Source of the DNA: Eledone cirrhosa | Taxonomy: Eukaryota | Reading direction: 5' to 3' | Length of the DNA: 64,000 nt | NCBI GenBank assembly: GCA_964016885.1 | Contig: OZ024743.1 | Coordinates: forward strand, 177,878,001 to 177,942,000 | Part shown: piece by piece, positions 57,092 through 64,000 of the stretch | How the letters are laid out: every line of letters starts with the position of its first letter | How positions within the stretch are numbered: the first letter of the stretch is position 1 | Notes under the pieces: model-generated | The model's database searches: none | Seen by the model: only the letters and a program-made list of their open reading frames with translations | Told to the model about the DNA's origin: nothing | Program-made: the position numbers and the translations under genes

Positions 57092-58061
57092 GTCATTGGA
57101 ATAGTAAACTACTTGGATAATAAAAAGCTTTAGTTGTTGTTTTCCTGCAATATACAGGTTTTCGGGAAATATTAGTTTTCATCAGAATCTCTGATATCCA
57201 ACATATTCGTTAGATTTTCTCTCCCTTTGTTTTCCTATCTTATAACCGATATACATACCCTCTGGGAAATCATATTATATTATCAATGAGAACAGTACAA
57301 TAGGAGGATAGTTGAATAATATGAAATATATCAGAATCAAAACAACAATTTCCATGCTTGAGTTCCTTAAGGATTCTCTAAATACACACATGAATATATA
57401 TTACTTAAATATATAAACTAATATGAGATGGTTAACGAAACATGATGTATCCATATCAATGTCATCCATATCTTCCTCATAATTAGGATGCTGGCGGTTA
57501 TTATTTTTTGTTACATTTCAGTTTAGTTGTGTTATATTTATTGTTTTCAACGCAAAGCCAGTCGCATCTCTGTGCACATTAGAGACATGTTGCCCACATT
57601 TCATTTTTGTTTTAGTATATTCATATTCTATTGAGAGTTTGGGGAATAATGGCTACAATGCCTGGTATTACTATTTTCTGTGTGTGTATATATGTGTAAC
57701 TCTTGATGTTTCGGTTAAGTACTTGTCTACTGTTTTCTTTCAATCACTCCTAAAGTATATATTGTAGAGTAAGTTTCTGTTTTCAATCCACACGTTCTGG
57801 TTATCTATATTCCGATAGTTTCTCACTTTCTTTTAGAAATAGTTTTGATTCACTAAAGTGTGAAAAATCCAGTAGGAGTAATTTAATTTATTATCGTCTT
57901 TGACAGTACTTGGACCAGTTTCCTTAATTTTCATGCCAGGACCAAATCTATTGGCATGGTTAAATCATTCTTACTTCATAATGATTTGTGAGATATTTTT
58001 ATCATTTCTCATTTTTTGTCCGTGCCATTTCTTGCAAGTGAGTATATATATATATATGTAC

Positions 58062-58255
<194 letters not shown>

Positions 58256-58267
58256 ATATATGTATAC

Positions 58268-58324
<57 letters not shown>

Positions 58325-58334
58325 AACAAGTAAG

Positions 58335-58429
58335 ACCCCGACGGCTGAGCTCAAGCCGTTTCGACGGCTAATTCTGTACTGAATGAAAAATTAATTCTGG
58401 TATTTAAATAGCCGAACTTATCAAGGGGT
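58335..58429 (-). ncRNA. Large Type I hammerhead, U3-A8 core (3' pseudo-LTR)
   Basis: acccc-TTGATAA-gttcggcta[...]tagccgtc-GAAA-cggcttgagctcagccg-TC-ggggt. Confidence 0.78.
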
Positions 58430-59605
58430 AATTCCATATATGGTCAAAGAGATAATCACCAGGATTGGTCACATCACAAGTTAGTAGTAAATCTGTGATG
58501 GCAAGTTGGTGGGGGAAGGGGTAGCTAAACCTGCCAGTAGGAGAAAAAGGGAGAGGGGTGGAGTAGACCCATTCATGCGTTGGTAGTGCCAGCTACAGCT
58601 GGGTGTGAGGTCAAAGAGGATACTAGGGAGGGGGAGGGGGAGGAGGTCGAAACGGTAAGTATAACAATGAAAGGTAAAAATGTAAAAGGTACTGAGAGAG
58701 AGAAAAAATAAGCAAAATCTGGATACTAAGACTTAAGTCTCTCGCTATTGCTAGGCTGAAGAAATACATAAATGAATAAATAAACAAATAAGTGAATAAA
58801 AGAATAGATAAATAAATAAATAAAAAAAATATATATATATAATGTAGAATAAAAAAAAATAAATAATAATAATAGAAATAAACTAGGTGGGACGGAAATA
58901 AAGGGACCCTTATACGAGGTATAAGTGCGTGTATCGTACGGTGACGGGTCAACAAAGGGGGGGACCAGAATACTAAAGAGACTACCACGAAAATAATAAA
59001 GGTTTCTACCCCAAACACAGGGCCAGCAACCACCCAGTGCAAGAAAGTAAACTAGTACGAGAATATAATTCAGGGTCCCGCAAAAAAATACTAGTGCTAA
59101 CTCTAAGGGTACCGCCACGAAACAAAAAGTCTTATACAAGCTACATGAAAGATCGTACGAAGTAAAAGAAAGGAACGGAAAATTAATACAGGAACACCCC
59201 CCCCCCCCCCAAAAAAAAGGGGAAAAAGAAAAAAGAGATACTGGATAAACGAGAAATTAAAGCAAAGATGCCACTAAGAAATATAGAAGGCACGGACAAA
59301 AGGGACAGCGGTCGGAGAAGGGGCGAGTATCGGAAGTCTAACACCTCTGCTATAAAAAGCGGAGTCAGCCACATCTATCATAGAATAGGGGAGGAGGTGG
59401 GGTGCTGAAGCTACAAGGGACCGAAGGGCTACCTCGGGTGGGCGAGAAAAAGACGACGACAAAGAAAGGGAACTGGGGTAGAAGGACTAGGGAGGGATGG
59501 GGGGAAGGAGGAAATATAGAGGAAGCGATAAAAGAATGTAAAAGAAGATCTTACGTCTCCATAGGCAAGCAGGGGTTACCCATTACAAAATAGGCAAGTG
59601 GGGTG

Positions 59606-61868
59606 TTATAGCCCTAGTCTACCCCCCCCCCCCGGGTCATTATGGGGTTTGAGGGCGAGGTAAGTCCTACGTAATCGGTGTTTACATGCAGTAACCAGTT
59701 CATCTTTCTTGTTAAGGAGTTGGTCCGTCGAAAACAACATTTGTAATGTTTCCTCCGAGCATAAATTGCACGGACGGCGTCCTCCCGTGTAAGAGTTGGC
59801 TCTGGACAGTAATTTCCAAGTGAGATCATAGTTGATGTTGTTGTCCTTGAGGTCCCATATGTGGCCCGAAAGTGTAGTGGCGTGACGTCGGGCCGGGTTT
59901 CGGAAGGTATGTCTGTGTTGGTATAGCCGGGTCTTGAAGTCGCATGCGGTTAATCCTATATAAGCTTTGTTGGAGGTGTCCGTGCTCACGTTGCACTGGT
60001 AGATCACATTACGGTCTCTGCATCTGTTGTCGAGGGGGCAACTGGATCTATCAGGACAGTTGCACCTCCTGGTCGGCCCTCCACTGCTATTTAGGTTGTT
60101 TCTTCCATCGGGGTTGAGTTTTTTGTTGTTGGAGGAGACGATGTTTTGTGCGAAGTTAGGTGTAGTGCTGTAAGAGAGTTTGATGGTATTTTTGTTAATT
60201 ATGTTGTGGTAGCGGTGTTGTGGTGGGAAGTGTTTTTCAATGAGCCTAAAGAAAATTTTCCCGATGGGAGTTGTCACCTCAGCGTTGTGGGGAGGATTGA
60301 ACCATGTTACATTGCGTGAGCGGCGGTGTCGCCTGCTGGTTCCGCTAATGGGAGCTGGACAGTAGGATATTTCCTCCCAGAAACCACTCCGCTTGAGGGC
60401 CTGGTTGTAGTAAGGCGCATGTTCATCGAATATCTTCTCATTAGCTGACAAACGGGATATACGGAGGGTGATGTTTTTGACCAGGTTGTTGGTGATGTTC
60501 CTAGGATGGTTAGATCGGCGGTGGATGTAGTGCAGGTTGTCATTGGGTTTCCTGTATGGGTAGTACAGGTCATTATTGAGATCGAGGGTAACGTCCAGGA
60601 AATTAACTCGGGTCAGGGACGTTTGTAGGGTTATTTTAAATCCCCAGCCGCGGAAGAAGCTGATTAATTGTTTACGGACACGATCTGTACTACTGGGGTT
60701 GTACCCTTTATGGGTAAGGAGCCCATCATCACGGTACAATCCACGACCGAAAGCAGGAAACATATCGGTGAGTTTGGCTATAAGGAATAATCCTATAATA
60801 TCTGTGACCTCCGCCGAATCCGTAGCGCCCATGCTGACGTCGAAGGGTGAGTCAGGAGCTCTTTTTATCCATTTGGAGTTATCAAAGAGTAAGACTGTCT
60901 TCCTGGCGTGGAGGATGATTTTTCTTTCCTGGTCGGTGATGGGCACAAGTGCTTCGGCGAAGACCAAGGCGGCAGTAAGTAGCGGTAAGGTGATTGAAGC
61001 ATAGTAGCTCTCTATGTCGAACTGGATAAATTTAGTGTCTCGTTTATCCTCCAAATTGCTGAACCATGAGATAACTTCCTGGGTGTTGATCCATAGGCTA
61101 AGTCGGGTGTGTTGCTTGACTTTAGGTATCACGCGGTCTAGGATTTTTTTGCTGATTCTCCCTATGTCGGACTTCGTTGGGTTTATAAGCCTGATAGATG
61201 GTTTACGGTCGAAATCGGATTTGTGGTCCTTCAGTGTGAAGTAGGGTGTCCGTGGGTCTAGGGGTTCAGTGCGGTCGGCGACCCCGAGGCTGGAGGTAAT
61301 TTGTTGTCCATCTCGATTAATGTCCTCGATGCATGAGTGGTTGGCCTTTGTATAGGTGGAGTTTAGGCTGCTCCTGATCAGTGTGTGGTATCTGTCGGGG
61401 TTGACAAAGTATAGGTTCCCAGTTTTATCCGAATGCACCATGATGTCATTGGTGTTATCATACTCTGTTAAGTTGCTACGGAGTTTTTGTAGGAATCGGT
61501 TGTGTCTGGGTTTAACTTTAAGGTTCTTGACCAGTTGGAAGAGGTCATTCTCGAAGGGTGAGAGCAAAGGGTTCGGGGGGGGAAGATTTGTAGGTAATAA
61601 ATTCGAATCTCTCCTTGGTACCGAAGTCCTGATTGTCGCAGAATCTGTCGTAGAAAAAAGTTCTCCATCTAAGTCTTTTCGCAAATAGATCGATTTTTTG
61701 CGTGAGCATCCGAAGGTAAATTTTTTTCGGTGGGATTGGGATGTTCTTGGTAGAGAAGTCGATATTGTGTTTTCGTATGGTGCGGGTGAAAGAAATTGAG
61801 CTTAGCGGAAACGTCTGGATACGGCGTGGTAGGGTCGGAAAGTGCTCTACTACGGGGATAGGAGCTAG
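59606..61868 (-). CDS. PLE polyprotein: reverse transcriptase + C-terminal GIY-YIG endonuclease; one apparent frameshift at the G8 run 61575-61582; start codon unresolved
   Basis: SDKTGN, TLKDHK...RLINP, QFDIESYY, FDVSMG, LYRDDGL, NFLDVTL, YRKP...YIH..SNHP, WFNPP, KLSYS, CNC-x5-C-x5-C, NVIYQC...YIGLT..FKTRLYQH, CNLC..E. Confidence 0.9.
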
Positions 61869-61963
61869 ATAACGAAGGAAATGTGGTAAGGAACCAGGTG
61901 GACCATAACGCACCAAAGTACTCAATACTTAGGGTAGTAGAGTGGGTAATAGGAACAAGTAAG

Positions 61964-62058
61964 ACCCCGACGGCTGAGCTCAAGCCGTTTCGACGGCTAA
62001 TTCTGTACTGAATGAAAAATTAATTCTGGTATTTAAATAGCTGAACTTATCAAGGGGT
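61964..62058 (-). ncRNA. Large Type I hammerhead, U3-A8 core (5' pseudo-LTR)
   Basis: As 58335-58429, with one stem II substitution. Confidence 0.75.
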
Positions 62059-62564
62059 AATTCCATATATGGTCAAAGAGATAATCACCAGGATTGGTCA
62101 CATCACAAGTTAGTAGTAAATCTGTGATGGCAAGTTGGTGGGGGAAGGGGTAGCTAAACCTGCCAGTAGGAGAAAACGGGAGAGGGGATGGAGTAGACCC
62201 ATTCATGCGTTGGTAGTGCCAGCTACAGCTGGGTGTGAGGTCAAAGAGGATACTAGGGAGGGGGAGGGGGAGGAGGTTGAAACAGTAAGTAGAACAATGA
62301 AAGGTAAAAATGTAAAAGGTACTGAGAGAGAGAAAAAATAAGCAAAATCTGGTTACTAAGACTTAAGTCTCTCGCTATTGCTAGGCTGAAGAAATACATA
62401 AATGAATAAATAAACAAATAAGTGAATAAAAGAATAGATAAATAAATTTAAAAAATATGGCAGGTTTAGCTACCCCTTCCCCCACCAACTTGCCATCACA
62501 GATTTACTACTAACTTGTGATGTGACCAATCCTGGTGATTATCTCTTTGACCATATATGGAATT

Positions 62565-62659
62565 ACCCCTTGATAAGTTCGGCTATTTAAATACCAGAAT
62601 TTATTTTGCATTCAGTACAGAATTAGCCGTCGAAACGGCTTGAGCTCAGCCGTCGGGGT
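62565..62659 (+). ncRNA. Large Type I hammerhead, U3-A8 core (inverted pseudo-LTR)
   Basis: Directly readable ACCCC-TTGATAA-GTTCGGCTA...TAGCCGTC-GAAA-CGGCTTGAGCTCAGCCG-TC-GGGGT. Confidence 0.78.
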
Positions 62660-62750
62660 CTTACTTGTTCCTATTACCCACTCTACTACCCTAAGTATTG
62701 AGTACTTTGGTGCGTTATGGTCCACCTGGTTCCTTACCACATTTCCTTCG

Positions 62751-62810
<60 letters not shown>

Positions 62811-62864
62811 CGTTTCTGAATTTGTTTAGCAAGATTCTTTATCTGAAATCGTGTGTTGAAACCG

Positions 62865-63389
62865 ATATTGTTACACTTTGGGAGGGTCATGCTGCCAATA
62901 AGAAACACACGCACCAGTTGCTTTCACTTCAATTTAATTTATTAAATATTTATAAATTTACAAATTTATAAATTTCTGGTTGGTTGGTTGGTTCCACAAC
63001 CAGATAGTTGTTTATATATATATAGTCATAGTTCTTTCGTCACACACTCTGTGACCTCTTCAGTGACTGGGGATTTCTTTCTTCGTTTCTGTGCCTTTCC
63101 TTTCTTCTATCCTACGCCATTTTGTTTTCATTTCAAACAAAATGGCGTAGGATAGAAGAAAGGAAAGGCACAGAAACGAAGAAAGAAATCCCCAGTCACT
63201 GAAGAGGTCACAGAGTGTGTGACGAAAGAACTATGACTATATATATATAAACAACTATCTGGTTGTGGAACCAACCAACCAACCAGAAATTTATAAATTT
63301 GTAAATTTATAAATATTTAATAAATTAAATTGAAGTGAAAGCAACTGGTGCGTGTGTTTCTTATTGGCAGCATGACCCTCCCAAAGTGT

Positions 63390-63397
<8 letters not shown>
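62865..63397. repeat. Near-perfect fold-back (about 263-bp arms, 7-nt spacer) of a PLE pseudo-LTR, in (TA)n
   Basis: Symmetric about 63131. Termini GTTACACTTTGGGAGGGTCAT resemble those at 18895, 22735 and 53383. Confidence 0.95.
63194..63238 (+). ncRNA. Minimal Type I hammerhead, canonical core; mirror copy at 63024-63068 (minus)
   Basis: agtca-CTGAAGA-g-gtcac(agagtgt)gtgac-GAAA-gaac-TA-tgact. Confidence 0.78.
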
Positions 63398-63430
<33 letters not shown>

Positions 63431-63519
63431 GTAGGAGGTGAGTTTTATTGTAGTACAATAAAGCAATGCAGATATCGGATAAGAAGCACTCTACAGTTTG
63501 TAGGACTGGAGTATACATA

Positions 63520-63816
63520 ATATATAAGATCAAAAGATGGTTAAATGAGTTCCACATATTTTATTATGCGCATTTCAAAAACAAATATCATCATGCAATA
63601 ACATTTGTGTTTTCATCAGATAAAATAGGAGGACATGATATGAAGGTTACAAACAGTTGTGGTTGATTTAAAACTGCACTATACACAAGTGTTTTTAACC
63701 TTCATATCATGTCCTACTATTTTATCTGATAAAAACACAAATGTTATTGCATGATGATATTTGTTTTTGAAATGCGCATAATAAAATACATGGAACTCAT
63801 TTAACCATCTTTTGAT

Positions 63817-63825
<9 letters not shown>
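63520..63825. repeat. Fold-back (about 127-bp arms, about 48-nt spacer) carrying an HHR in each arm
   Basis: TATAAGATCAAAAGATGG...GAAGGTTA / TAACCTTC...CCATCTTTTGATCTTATA. Confidence 0.92.
63557..63627 (-). ncRNA. Type I hammerhead, canonical core; mirror copy 63718-63788 (plus) has CTGATAA
   Basis: tattttat-CTGATGA-aaacacaaatgttat(...)atgatatttgttttt-GAAA-tgcgca-TA-ataaaata. 8-bp stem I and palindromic stem III. Confidence 0.82.
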
Positions 63826-63889
<64 letters not shown>

Positions 63890-63911
63890 ATACACACATA
63901 TATATATATAC

Positions 63912-63960
<49 letters not shown>

Positions 63961-64000
63961 CATATACATATATATACATAATTATATATATATACATATA

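Larger units (their letters stand above)
58321..62752 (-). mobile_element. Near-intact Penelope-like element (Hydra-clade-like) with tandem pseudo-LTRs and an inverted 5' pseudo-LTR, inserted in (TA)n
   Basis: 58321-58830 matches 61950-62455 (direct, few mismatches). 62459-62752 is the reverse complement of 61870-62164. ORF lies between. Confidence 0.95.

Noticed and set aside
59606-61868. Naiad/Chlamys or selenoprotein PLE assignment
   Set aside because: The endonuclease is C-terminal and the long ORF has no in-frame TGA.

Overview
Eukaryotic, AT-rich, repeat-saturated window. It is most likely octopus or another cephalopod; this is inferred from a recurrent tRNA-derived SINE and dense (TA)n/(CA)n/(GA)n tracts. 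I could not support any host protein-coding exon, and almost all short ORFs in the track are microsatellite artefacts. Contents: a 22-bp satellite, two large Penelope-like elements (PLEs), many PLE remnants, RTE/CRE/Tx1-type LINE relics, non-autonomous Helitrons, MITEs, SINEs and a 200-N gap. One PLE (RT + GIY-YIG, 58.3-62.75 kb) is nearly intact with tandem and inverted pseudo-LTRs; the other (18.8-22.8 kb) is decayed. The main hidden signal is RNA-level. Reading both strands by eye gives about 20 Type I hammerhead-ribozyme (HHR) motifs from at least 8 sequence families. Several families carry non-canonical cores that recur across copies (UUGAUAA = U3-A8, CCGACGA, CAGAAGA). One is a non-coding 316-bp tandem array (7834-8661) with one U3-A8 HHR per unit, i.e. 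a candidate non-LTR retrozyme/circular-RNA element. Many of these pieces form fold-back palindromes inserted in (TA)n. All ribozyme folds are manual predictions; none has been tested.
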